Of a stretch of 64,000 bases of DNA, positions 1 to 9,419 are shown one piece after another (position 1 is the stretch's first letter; every line of letters begins with the position of its first letter). This stretch comes from Desulfobacterales bacterium (GTDB lineage: Bacteria; Desulfobacterota; Desulfobacteria; Desulfobacterales; UBA5852): positions 1,664,001 to 1,728,000 of the forward strand of contig CAXXVS010000003.1 of NCBI GenBank assembly GCA_963674755.2, given 5' to 3'. The translations under genes were made by a program, and so were the position numbers. A model generated the notes under the pieces. The model made no database searches. It was not told the DNA's origin and was given only the letters and a program-made list of their open reading frames with translations.

Positions 1-1482
1 GTTGCCCTATGGGTCCTGATGAGCAGCGCCGGCTGGTGCCAGGAAGCACCGCTGAGCGATGCCACCCAGGAATGCCTGGGGTGTCATGCCAGTTTTCACC
101 CCGGCATCGTTGCGGACTGGCGTTCCGGCCGCCATGCCGTCGTCACCCCCCGGGCGGCCATGAGCGTCGAGGGGCCGGCCCGTAAGGTTTCCAGCACCAG
201 CGTGCCCGAATCCCTGCAGGGTGTCGCCGTGGGCTGTGCCGAATGCCATACCCTGCGGCCGGAAGCGCATGCCGACACCTTCGAGCATAACGGCTACAAC
301 GTGCACGTGGTGGTCAGCCCGGAGGATTGCCGGACCTGCCATACCACCGAAGTGACGCAGTACGCCGACAACATCATGGCCCATGCCTATGGCAACCTGG
401 CGGACAACACCCTCTATCAGCAGCTCCAGCGCACGATTCTGGGGACGCCTGTCCTGGAGCACGGCCGGATCAAGGCCGCCCCTGAAAATGCCGACACCAA
501 GGCGGAAGGCTGCTATTACTGCCACGGTACCGTTCTCAAGGTGACCGAAACCGAAGTGCGCGATACGGATGCCGGGGAGCTGGAGTTTCCCGTCATTGCC
601 GGCTGGCCCAACCAGGGCGTCGGCCGCATCAACCCGGACGGCAGCCTGGGGGCCTGCACGGCCTGCCATCCCCGGCACAGCTTTTCCATGGAGGTGGCCC
701 GCAAGCCATACACCTGCCAGGAATGCCATGTGGGTCCGGACGTACCGGCTTACAAAGTCTATATTTCCAGCAAGCACGGGAACATTTATGCCTCCCAGCA
801 CAGTGCGTGGGATTTCCGGAAAACCCCCTGGACCATCGGCCAGGATTTCACCGCCCCCACCTGCGCAGTGTGCCACATCAGCCTGCTGGCCAACACCGAC
901 GGCGACATCGTCAACGAACGCTCCCACGAAATGAAAAACCGCCTCTCCTGGCGCATTTTCGGTTTAATCTACGCCCATCCCCAGCCCAAATCGCCGGACA
1001 CCGCCATCATCCGCAACAAGGACGGCCAACCCCTGCCCACGGATTTCAACGGCGGTTTTGCCAGTTCCTTTCTGATATCCATGGACGAGCAGGACGCCCG
1101 CGCGGCCACCATGCAGGTCACCTGCCTGGGCTGTCACGACACGGCCTGGGTGCAGGGGCACTGGCAGCGCTTCACCAACACGATTCAGCAGACCAACAAG
1201 GCGACGCTGACCCTGACCGACATCATGAATGAGATTTGGACGCGGGGCTATGCCAAGGGCTTGGGGCAGGGGGAGAATCCCTTTAACGAGGCCATCGAGC
1301 GCCGTTGGAGCAATGCCTGGCTGTTCTACGCCAATACGGTCCGCTTTGCTTCGGCCATGGCCGGGGGCGGTGACTACGGAGTTTTCGCCGACGGCCGTTA
1401 CCAGCTGACCCGGACGGGCGCGGAACTGGAAGAATGGCTGGATCTGCACCGCAAGCTGGAGGCCCTGGCCATCAAACCTTGA
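1..1482 (+). CDS. Octaheme cytochrome c, hydroxylamine oxidoreductase (HAO)-like family; 5' end probably upstream of window
   Basis: Eight CxxCH motifs (CLGCH, CAECH, CRTCH, CYYCH, CTACH, CQECH, CAVCH, CLGCH) plus HAO-family segments 'GVGRINPDGSLG', 'RHSFS..ARKP' and 'SKHG'. Frame is open from base 1 (VALWVLMSSA, tail of a signal peptide). Confidence 0.85.
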   Translation, partial: VALWVLMSSAGWCQEAPLSDATQECLGCHASFHPGIVADWRSGRHAVVTPRAAMSVEGPARKVSSTSVPESLQGVAVGCAECHTLRPEAHADTFEHNGYNVHVVVSPEDCRTCHTTEVTQYADNIMAHAYGNLADNTLYQQLQRTILGTPVLEHGRIKAAPENADTKAEGCYYCHGTVLKVTETEVRDTDAGELEFPVIAGWPNQGVGRINPDGSLGACTACHPRHSFSMEVARKPYTCQECHVGPDVPAYKVYISSKHGNIYASQHSAWDFRKTPWTIGQDFTAPTCAVCHISLLANTDGDIVNERSHEMKNRLSWRIFGLIYAHPQPKSPDTAIIRNKDGQPLPTDFNGGFASSFLISMDEQDARAATMQVTCLGCHDTAWVQGHWQRFTNTIQQTNKATLTLTDIMNEIWTRGYAKGLGQGENPFNEAIERRWSNAWLFYANTVRFASAMAGGGDYGVFADGRYQLTRTGAELEEWLDLHRKLEALAIKP

Positions 1483-1520
1483 CGTGCGCGATGCCGACGT
1501 CGCCTTCCCGGAGGAGATGC

Positions 1521-2903
1521 ATGGGGTCTGTGGACAGCCGCACACGGGTGCTCAACGACCGCGAGATTCGCAATGGCCGCTATGTGCTTTACTGGATGCA
1601 GCAGTCCCAGCGCACGGAATACAACGATGCTCTCAACGTCGCCATTCGCGAGGCCAACCGCTGCGAACTGCCGTTATTGGCGGTTTTCGGCCTGACCGAT
1701 ACCTACCCGGAAGCCAATCTGCGCCATTTCACCTTCATGCTGGAGGGCCTTCAGGAGGTCGCAGAGGCGCTCCGGCGGCGGGGCATCTCCCTGGTGGTGC
1801 GCCTGGGCAGCCCCCCCAACGTGGCGCTGAACCTGGGGCATGATGCGGCCCTGATCGTCTGCGATGCCGGATATCTGCGCCACCAGCGGGCCTGGCGGCG
1901 CAAAGTGGCGCGCAAGGCCGATTGCCGCGTCCTGCAGGTGGAAAGCGATGCCGTCGTCCCCCTGGCGGTGGCTTCCGCCAAGGCGGAGTACGCCGCCCGT
2001 ACCATCCGCCCCCGCATCAACCGGCATCTGGACCGCTATCTGGTGCTGCCGCGCTCGCCGTCCCTTCAGCACCGGGAACCGGAGATGGGGATCCCCGGGC
2101 TGGATCTGACGGATATCGAACGCGTCCTGCAGCGCCTCGACATCGATCGCAGTGTGCTGCCGGTGACCGCTTTTTTTAAGGGGGGAACCCGCGAGGCCAA
2201 AAAGCACTTGCGCCGGTTTATCGAAAAGGGACTGCGCCGTTACAGCGACCACCGCAACCAGCCCCAGACCGACGATGTCTCCCACATGAGCCCCTACCTG
2301 CATTTCGGCCATATATCGCCGGTTTACCTGGCCCTCAGGGTGCGCGATGCCCGGGAAGGATTGGGGGTCGACCGCGCCGCCTACCTGGAAGAGCTGATCG
2401 TGCGCCGGGAACTGGCCCTCAATTTCGTGTGGTATACGGAAGACTACGACCGCTATGCCGGTCTGCCCGAGTGGGCGCGCAAAACCCTGGCCGAGCATGC
2501 CGGGGACCATCGCCCCCATCTCTACGACCGGGAAACCCTGGAAGCGGCCGAAACCCACGATCCCTACTGGAATGCGGCCATGCGCGAGATGAAGCACACG
2601 GGTTTCATGCACAACTATATGCGCATGTACTGGGGCAAAAAGATCCTGGAATGGTCGCCTTCGCCGGAAGAGGCTTTCGTGACGGCCCTCTTGCTCAACA
2701 ACAAATATTTTCTGGACGGCCGGGACCCCAATTCGTATGCCGGTGTCGGCTGGGTGTTCGGCCTGCACGACCGGGCTTGGTTCGAGCGGCCCATCTTTGG
2801 CAAGATCCGCTACATGGCCGCCTCCGGTCTGGAACGCAAATGCGACATCCGGGGCTATGTGAAAAAAGTCGACCGGCGCACGGCCGGTCTGGGGGACCAT
2901 TGA
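1521..2903 (+). CDS. phrB: Class II deoxyribodipyrimidine (CPD) photolyase
   Basis: Motifs 'YVLYWMQQSQR', 'SPYLHFG', 'MHNYMRMYWGKKILEW', 'DGRDPN'. RBS GGAGGAG precedes ATG 1521. Confidence 0.93.
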   Translation: MGSVDSRTRVLNDREIRNGRYVLYWMQQSQRTEYNDALNVAIREANRCELPLLAVFGLTDTYPEANLRHFTFMLEGLQEVAEALRRRGISLVVRLGSPPNVALNLGHDAALIVCDAGYLRHQRAWRRKVARKADCRVLQVESDAVVPLAVASAKAEYAARTIRPRINRHLDRYLVLPRSPSLQHREPEMGIPGLDLTDIERVLQRLDIDRSVLPVTAFFKGGTREAKKHLRRFIEKGLRRYSDHRNQPQTDDVSHMSPYLHFGHISPVYLALRVRDAREGLGVDRAAYLEELIVRRELALNFVWYTEDYDRYAGLPEWARKTLAEHAGDHRPHLYDRETLEAAETHDPYWNAAMREMKHTGFMHNYMRMYWGKKILEWSPSPEEAFVTALLLNNKYFLDGRDPNSYAGVGWVFGLHDRAWFERPIFGKIRYMAASGLERKCDIRGYVKKVDRRTAGLGDH

Positions 2904-3473
2904 ATGACGAAGGAGCGGGGCACGGCCCCTGAGGAAGAGAAAAAATCACCCATCGCCCAGGCCGGTGAAGATCTGTTCCATTTCGCCATCGAGCGGGAGG
3001 ATACGAAATGGCTGCTGCGCCGGCTGCCGGCCGAGGCGTCCGTCAAACCGGCGGCGGTGGAATACGAACTGCAGATTTTGAAAATCGTCAGTGTGGGGTG
3101 GAGCATTTCCTTTTTCCTGGCCGAGTGGCCGGAAAAACAGCAGCTGAGCGCCATTTTCTGGGAAGCGGTGCGGGAGTTCGCCCAGAATCTTTCCACGACG
3201 ACCGAGATCATGACCGGCCAATCCATTGACTACTTCCAGGTATTGAAAGATCGCCTGGACGGCTACCTGGAGGCCTTGCGCCGTCAACCGGAGGCCCGCA
3301 ATCCGGAGGCTGTGATCGGGCCGGAATTCGCCCGCCACTGCGGCAACGCCGACGATCTTTTTGCAACATACACCGGCGGACGCATGTTTCACGGGGCCAC
3401 CAGCCGGGTGCGCGACTATCTGCAAGCCGCCAACCTGCCGGCCACAGACGAGGGCAACCCCACCCGCCATTGA
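2904..3473 (+). CDS. Hypothetical protein (189 aa)
   Basis: Abuts the photolyase stop; codon style like neighbours; no recognised motif. Confidence 0.7.
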   Translation: MTKERGTAPEEEKKSPIAQAGEDLFHFAIEREDTKWLLRRLPAEASVKPAAVEYELQILKIVSVGWSISFFLAEWPEKQQLSAIFWEAVREFAQNLSTTTEIMTGQSIDYFQVLKDRLDGYLEALRRQPEARNPEAVIGPEFARHCGNADDLFATYTGGRMFHGATSRVRDYLQAANLPATDEGNPTRH

Positions 3474-3520
3474 TAAACCCGTAGCACCGCCCACTCCGTC
3501 AAAACGAGGAGGCTGCAACC

Positions 3521-3853
3521 ATGGCCTATGACGCCGCATTGGAAGCCCTTCTTGACCAAACCACCCGTTCCTGGAGGGGGGTCCGAAAGAAGAAGATGTT
3601 CGGGGGTGTGGTCTACCTGTCCCGTGGCCACATCTGCATCGGGATATGGCAGGATCACCTCATCCTACGGGCCGGCGCAGCGGCCGAGGCGATGATCGAC
3701 CGGGACGGCCGTTTCCGCCCCTTCGACGTGACCGGACGCGCCATGCAAGGGTGGGCCATGCTTGCGCCCGGCGGCTGGCAGGATGCCGGACTCCGCCGGG
3801 ACGCGATCGAAAAGGCCCGATCCTTCTGCCGGACCCTGCCGGACAAAGCCTGA
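3521..3853 (+). CDS. TfoX/Sxy N-terminal domain protein
   Basis: 'KKMFGG' motif and 'FDVTGRAMQGW' typical of TfoX_N; RBS GAGGAGG. Confidence 0.85.
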   Translation: MAYDAALEALLDQTTRSWRGVRKKKMFGGVVYLSRGHICIGIWQDHLILRAGAAAEAMIDRDGRFRPFDVTGRAMQGWAMLAPGGWQDAGLRRDAIEKARSFCRTLPDKA

Positions 3854-4119
3854 GCTATCGACGCCCGGTTGCGGCAAATGTCCCGTTTTGAGCGTGGGAA
3901 CCCGATCGCGATCGAAATCACAATCGGGATTGTCTTTTCGGACGTCTTGTCGATGGCGTCCCACCACCTTCCGTTGCCATCGAATCTAATCCCACGGGTG
4001 CCTGAATGTTCCCACCCGGTTGCGATCCTTGTTGCGATGGGACTTCCACCTGGACGGCTTTCCAAAAATGCTTACCATGCCTGTGGGTTTGGCCGGCCCG
4101 AATGAATGGGAGAAGCACC

Positions 4120-5337
4120 ATGTTTGGCATCAACGACGATAGCTTGGCCAGTATCGAGTTTCGCCTCAAGTGGGAAAAACACGGCGTCCGGCATACCGAC
4201 GCCCTCTATGCCCAGCGGGTCAATTTCTGGCGCGACCTGTTGCCGGACGGCCTGCGCCGGGATCTCATAGGCGCCTTGCCCGGCGACACGGTTTCCCAGA
4301 CTTACGGTGCCGGCGACATGATTCCCTCGCCGGATGAACGCCGCTGCCACAGCGTCCCGCATCGCCGCATCGCAGGCCGACTGGCGGACGGCACCCCCCT
4401 CAGGCCCCGCTACGGGCGCTTTTATCCCCGGGGCATCCTGCGCGGGGTGCCCGGTGTTTTCCGGGGCAATGTCGAACCGTTTCGCTGCACGGATACCCAT
4501 GCCGCCGGCATCCGGGCCGATTTCAACCACCCGCTGGCCGGCCGGCCGCTGCACCTGGAGGCCCGTGTCCTGGATGTGCGGGAAAAATTCGAAGAGCACG
4601 GCGGCACCGCCACCGACTGGATCGAACAGGCCGCAACCGGTCCCGGCATGCAGGCACGCCACAACGGATCGGCCACGCAGTTTTTTGAACCCCGCGCCTT
4701 CGAACGGGAGGATGACGGGGAAGACGGAGATTTCTACCGCGCCCCGCGGCTGGTCCAGCACATCGACGAACAGGCCGTGGCCACCCTATCCGATCTCTAC
4801 GGACGTCTGGTGGCGCCGGGCAGCCGTGTGCTGGACCTCATGAGCAGCTGGACCTCGCACCTGCCCGATGCGCTCGATCTGGTGTCGGTGAGGGGGCTGG
4901 GGCTCAACGCCGAAGAACTGGCCCGCAACAAGCGGCTGCGTGGTTATGATGTCCACGATCTCAACCAGGCGCCGCGACTGCCCTATCCGGATGCCGCCTT
5001 CGAGGCGGTGGTCTGCACGGTGTCGGTGGAATACCTCACCCAACCCCGGGCGGTGTTTGCCGACGTGGCCCGGGTGCTGAGCCCCGGCGGGATCTTTGTG
5101 GTTACCTTTTCCGACCGCTGGTTTCCCACCAAGGCGATCCGCCTCTGGAAAGAGCTGCATCCCTTCGAACGCATGGGCCTGGTGCTGGAGCTGTTCCATC
5201 AGACCGGGCGCTTCGCTTCCCTGGCGACCTTTTCCAGCCAGGGCCGACCGCGGCCCGCCAACGACAAATATGCCGACCGGATGGCCTTTTCCGATCCCGT
5301 TTTCGGGGTGTGGGGACGCCGTCCGGAAGGGGATTGA
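4120..5337 (+). CDS. Class I SAM-dependent methyltransferase with N-terminal FKBP/SlyD-like region
   Basis: C-terminal 'PRLVQHID...VLDLMSSWTSH...VSVEYL' methyltransferase; N-terminal half contains 'DFNHPLAGRPLHLEARVLDVRE'. Start chosen at ATG 4120 after GGAGA. Confidence 0.8.
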   Translation: MFGINDDSLASIEFRLKWEKHGVRHTDALYAQRVNFWRDLLPDGLRRDLIGALPGDTVSQTYGAGDMIPSPDERRCHSVPHRRIAGRLADGTPLRPRYGRFYPRGILRGVPGVFRGNVEPFRCTDTHAAGIRADFNHPLAGRPLHLEARVLDVREKFEEHGGTATDWIEQAATGPGMQARHNGSATQFFEPRAFEREDDGEDGDFYRAPRLVQHIDEQAVATLSDLYGRLVAPGSRVLDLMSSWTSHLPDALDLVSVRGLGLNAEELARNKRLRGYDVHDLNQAPRLPYPDAAFEAVVCTVSVEYLTQPRAVFADVARVLSPGGIFVVTFSDRWFPTKAIRLWKELHPFERMGLVLELFHQTGRFASLATFSSQGRPRPANDKYADRMAFSDPVFGVWGRRPEGD

Positions 5338-5474
5338 TCCCCGCATCGGTCGATCCGGCCCAGGTGCAAGGTATCCCCCCACGGGCTGGTTTTTCCCGGC
5401 TTGCAATTTCCGCCGTCTGCCTTTAGGTTGGGCGCCGACCATCCCTTATCATTGACGCAGCGGAGATTGCCGGC

Positions 5475-6062
5475 ATGGAACGCCTCGAACAGCAGATTGC
5501 CTTCGTCCGTGAGCTGGACAAACTCAAACGGGTTCAGCGCCAGACCTGGCTGACCGATAAAAGCCGCCAGGAAAATGCGGCCGAGCACTCCTGGCACATC
5601 GCCGTCATGACGCTGGTGCTGTCCGAATATGCTCCGGGAGACGATCTGGACATGGGCCGTGTCATGCAAATGCTCCTGATCCACGACATCGTGGAAATCG
5701 ATGCCGGCGACACCTTCTGCTACGACCAGGCGGCCGTGGCCCTTCAGACCGACCGGGAAAAAGCGGCGGCCGAGCGTCTTTTCGGACTTCTGCCGCCGGA
5801 TCAGGCCGAACGCTTCCGGGGCCTCTGGGAGGAATTCGAGTCCGGCCGAACACCGGAAGCCCTGCTGGCCCATTCCCTGGACCGCCTCCAGCCCATCCTG
5901 AACAACTTTCATACCGACGGCAAATCCTGGCGCGCCAACGGCGTCACCCGTCGCCAGGTACGCGAGCGAAACCGCCTCGTGGCCGAGGGTGCGCCGCCGC
6001 TTTGGGACTATATCGAGGGTCTGCTGCAACGCGCCGTGGACCGGGGGATCCTCAAGGCGTGA
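5475..6062 (+). CDS. HD-domain phosphohydrolase (HD_3/YfbR-HDDC2-like)
   Basis: 'ENAAEHSWH', 'IHDIVEIDAGD', 'DRLQP'. Confidence 0.9.
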   Translation: MERLEQQIAFVRELDKLKRVQRQTWLTDKSRQENAAEHSWHIAVMTLVLSEYAPGDDLDMGRVMQMLLIHDIVEIDAGDTFCYDQAAVALQTDREKAAAERLFGLLPPDQAERFRGLWEEFESGRTPEALLAHSLDRLQPILNNFHTDGKSWRANGVTRRQVRERNRLVAEGAPPLWDYIEGLLQRAVDRGILKA

Positions 6063-6099
6063 GCGCCCGCCTGCCGTCGAATCCGCAAAGGCCCTGCTT

Positions 6100-6798
6100 A
6101 TGACAACGCCGGAACCGATCATTCAGACCCGTGAGCTGACCCGCCGCTACCCCTTGGGGGGCAGTGAAGTGGTGGGGGTGGATCGGGTTTCGCTGACCAT
6201 CGCGGCCGGAGAGCTCGTGGTTCTCAAGGGCAACAGCGGGTCGGGCAAGAGCACCCTGCTTTCCCTGCTGGCCGGCCTTGACGACCCCACGGGCGGTCGG
6301 CTGCAGGTGGCGGGCTATGACCTCCGCCGTCTCTCGGAAGCCCGCAAGAACCGTTACCGCCGCGAGGTGGTGGGCATGATTTTCCAGGCCTTCAACCTGC
6401 TGCCCACCATGAGCGTTTTAGAGAATGTCTGCCTGCCGGCCCTTTTGGCCGGCCATCCTTACCGGCCTACGGTGGCACGGGCCTGCGAACTGTTGGACTG
6501 GCTGGGGATGCGCCCCCGCGGCGACCACCGGCCGGCCCAGCTTTCCGGCGGGGAAATGCAGCGCACCGCCATCGCACGGGCCCTCATCAACGATCCGGCC
6601 CTGATTCTGGCGGACGAACCCACCGGCAACCTGGACAGCCGCAACGGGGAGCGCGTCATCGAACTCCTGCGGGACCTCAACCGCCGCTGGCAGCGTACGG
6701 TGGTGATCGCCACCCACAGCAATCTGGCCGATCCCTTCGCCAGCCTGCAGATTTGCCTCAAGGACGGTGTGGTCACCGAGGCGACATGCGATTCCTGA
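6100..6798 (+). CDS. ABC transporter ATP-binding protein (LolD/MacB type; AttE-like)
   Basis: Walker A GNSGSGKST, LSGGEMQR, Walker B LILADEPTGNLD. Confidence 0.92.
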   Translation: MTTPEPIIQTRELTRRYPLGGSEVVGVDRVSLTIAAGELVVLKGNSGSGKSTLLSLLAGLDDPTGGRLQVAGYDLRRLSEARKNRYRREVVGMIFQAFNLLPTMSVLENVCLPALLAGHPYRPTVARACELLDWLGMRPRGDHRPAQLSGGEMQRTAIARALINDPALILADEPTGNLDSRNGERVIELLRDLNRRWQRTVVIATHSNLADPFASLQICLKDGVVTEATCDS

Positions 6799-9365
6799 TC
6801 TTTTTCCTGCGCCTTTTCACCTGGTTCAGCCTGCGCCAGGTCCGCCTGCATCCCTGGCGGGCCGGTACGGTCTTGGCGGGGGTGGCCCTGGGCGCGGCCG
6901 TATTCGGCAGCGTGCGTCTGGCGGTGGATGCCTCCCTGGACTCCTTCACGCGCAGCATGGATATCGTGGCCGGCAGCGCCGATCTCACGGTGACGCTCCC
7001 GGGCGGGCGTGTGGGCGAAGACCTGGTGGCCAAGCTCCTGCAGCTTCCCGAGGTGCGGGCCGCTTCGCCTTTCCTGTCCACCTACACCCGGTCCCGGGAA
7101 GGAGCCGGTCGCCCCTTCCTCCTGATCGGTCTGGATCCCATTCTCGATCGATCCCTGCGGACATGGGAGGCGGCCCTGCAGCCCGGCACCGAGCGCAGCT
7201 GGATCCGGCTGCTTGCCGAGCCCTTTACGCTGATGGCCGGCGGCGCGTTGGCCAAAACCGAAGGATGGACGGCCGGGCAGACCATCCACCTGGAGCAGCG
7301 CCAGGGCTCCATGCCCTTTACCGTGCTGGGCGATCTGCTGCCGGAAGGCCTCGGCGTGACGGAAAACGGACGGGTGGCCCTCACCGACATCGCCACCTTC
7401 CAGGAATTTACGGGTACCATTGGCACGCTGGACCGCATCGACATCATGCTGAATACGCCTTCGGCGGAAGCGCGGGCCGCCCTGGAGGCCCTTCTGCCGC
7501 CAGGGGTCGTGCTGCAGGGCCCCGGCGAGGCCCGGCGCAGCGGCCGCAGTATGATCCGGGCCTATGCCCTCAATCTTTCCATCCTGAGTTTCGCGGCCCT
7601 GTTTGTGGGCATGTTTCTGGTTTACAGCCTGGTTGCCCTGAATGCGGCCTCCCGCCGACGGGAACTTGCCATATTGCGGTCGTTGGGGGCTTCCGCCCGG
7701 ACCCTGTTCTGGCTCTTTATCGTGGAGGGCGCATTTTTCGGCCTTGTGGGCTGGCTGCTGGCGCTGCCCATGGGCAGCTTGCTGACCCGTTTTCTCGTGG
7801 ACGGCGTCAGCCGCACGGTGACGAATCTCTTCGTGCGGGTCAATGTGGACACGATGACCCTCAGCCCCGGGGAAATTGTATTTTCTTTGGGCGTAACCCT
7901 GGTGGTGGCTGTCCTGGCGGCGGTGCAGCCGGCCCGGGAGGTCATGGGCATCGCCCCCAAAGAAGTCATGGCCACGGGCGCGCCCGGAACGGGAAGCGTG
8001 GGGCGCACCTCCCATCTGGCCCTGGGCGGTCTGGTCTGCGTCCTGGCGGTGGTGCCCCTGGCCGCTATGCCGGGCTACCGGGGGCTGCCGCTGCCCGGCT
8101 ATCTGGCGACCCTGCTGCTGTTTGTGGGGTTCGCCTTGATGGCGCCCTGGGCCCTTAAGAACGCCGGGAAACGGCTGCAGCCTTTTCTGCGGCGCCGGGC
8201 CGGTTTAGCGGCCCACCTGGCCGCCGGTTATATCCAGGAAAGCGGCCGCCGGACGGCCGTTTCGGTGGGGGCCCTGGTGACGGCCGTGGCCTTGTTTACG
8301 GCGCTGGTGATCATGGTCCAGAGTTTCCGCCACACGGTGGAGATCTGGGTCCGCCAGACCATCAGCGGCGATCTCTTCGTGACCACCCGCATGGCGGAGA
8401 CCAACCGGACCTGGGATCCCCTCCCGGCAGGTGTGGAACCCTATCTGAAGGCTCTCGATGCCGTGGATCTGGTGCCCAACCGGCGCTTTACGCTCAACTA
8501 CAGTGATGTCCCCTTCATTCTCGAAGCGATGGATTTTGCCACTTTCGACCGCTATGGCACCTTTTTCTGGCTGGAGGGCAACGCCCGGGAACTGACGAGC
8601 CCCCTCGAGGCAGGTGAGGGGGTGGTTGTTTCGGAAGTTTTCGCCAACAGGACCGGGCTGGCTGTAGGGGATCGGTTCCGCACCCAGGTGCAGGGGATTG
8701 CGCTGGATTGGCCGATTCTGGGCATCGTGCGCGACTACCGCACCCGGGGCGGGGTGGTGTTCTGCTCCCTGGAAGCCCTCCGACGGCAGCACGGCCCCAT
8801 GGCCTGGGGCGGCGTGCGCATCTTCTTCAAGGATCGCGCCCAGGCGGGGGGGCAAGCGCTGGAGCGCCTGCAGGACGACCTGCGGCTGCGCTTCGGCGAC
8901 CGCCTGGACATGCTGGCCGGCGAGGCGCTGCGGGCCGGTGTGCTCAAGATTTTCGACGAAACCTTTGCCATTACCACGGTGCTGCTGATCATCGCGCTGG
9001 TGGTGGCCGCCCTGGGCATCACCACCACCCTGACGGTGCTGGTGCTGGAACGCACCCGTGAACTGAACACGGTCTACGCCGTGGGCGGGAGCCGGGGCCA
9101 GATTCGCCGGATGATTCTGTGGGAAGCGATATTCATGGTGGCGGTGGGGGAAGTGGGCGGGCTGCTGTGCGGGTTCGTGCTGTCCTATTTGCTGGTGTTC
9201 GTGATCAACCGTCAGTCCTTCGGGTGGACCTTTCTCTACGGCGTGGACTGGGGCGCCCTGGGGTTTTCCCTGCCCTTGATCGTGGCCACGGCCCTGATGG
9301 CGGCCCTGCCGGCCATGCGGGTGGTCTACCAAGTGCCGCCGGCGACGCTATTGCGGGAGCGGTGA
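6786..9365 (+). CDS. ABC transporter permease, duplicated FtsX/MacB type (AttF/AttG-like)
   Basis: Two MacB-like repeats with 'RRRELAILRSLGA' and 'ERTRELNTVYAVGG'; overlaps the ATPase gene. Confidence 0.9.
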   Translation: MRFLIFFLRLFTWFSLRQVRLHPWRAGTVLAGVALGAAVFGSVRLAVDASLDSFTRSMDIVAGSADLTVTLPGGRVGEDLVAKLLQLPEVRAASPFLSTYTRSREGAGRPFLLIGLDPILDRSLRTWEAALQPGTERSWIRLLAEPFTLMAGGALAKTEGWTAGQTIHLEQRQGSMPFTVLGDLLPEGLGVTENGRVALTDIATFQEFTGTIGTLDRIDIMLNTPSAEARAALEALLPPGVVLQGPGEARRSGRSMIRAYALNLSILSFAALFVGMFLVYSLVALNAASRRRELAILRSLGASARTLFWLFIVEGAFFGLVGWLLALPMGSLLTRFLVDGVSRTVTNLFVRVNVDTMTLSPGEIVFSLGVTLVVAVLAAVQPAREVMGIAPKEVMATGAPGTGSVGRTSHLALGGLVCVLAVVPLAAMPGYRGLPLPGYLATLLLFVGFALMAPWALKNAGKRLQPFLRRRAGLAAHLAAGYIQESGRRTAVSVGALVTAVALFTALVIMVQSFRHTVEIWVRQTISGDLFVTTRMAETNRTWDPLPAGVEPYLKALDAVDLVPNRRFTLNYSDVPFILEAMDFATFDRYGTFFWLEGNARELTSPLEAGEGVVVSEVFANRTGLAVGDRFRTQVQGIALDWPILGIVRDYRTRGGVVFCSLEALRRQHGPMAWGGVRIFFKDRAQAGGQALERLQDDLRLRFGDRLDMLAGEALRAGVLKIFDETFAITTVLLIIALVVAALGITTTLTVLVLERTRELNTVYAVGGSRGQIRRMILWEAIFMVAVGEVGGLLCGFVLSYLLVFVINRQSFGWTFLYGVDWGALGFSLPLIVATALMAALPAMRVVYQVPPATLLRER

Positions 9366-9419
9366 GGCACCGAGGACTCGTCCTGGCGGCAGGCCAGCGC
9401 CGCCGGCGACGATAACCCG

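Noticed and set aside
3900..4040. Degenerate ATCGnn hexamer runs (GATCGCGATCGAAATCACAATCGGGAT ... TTGCGATCCTTGTTGCGAT)
   Set aside because: May be a decayed interspersed repeat, but too degenerate to delimit; not a CRISPR array.
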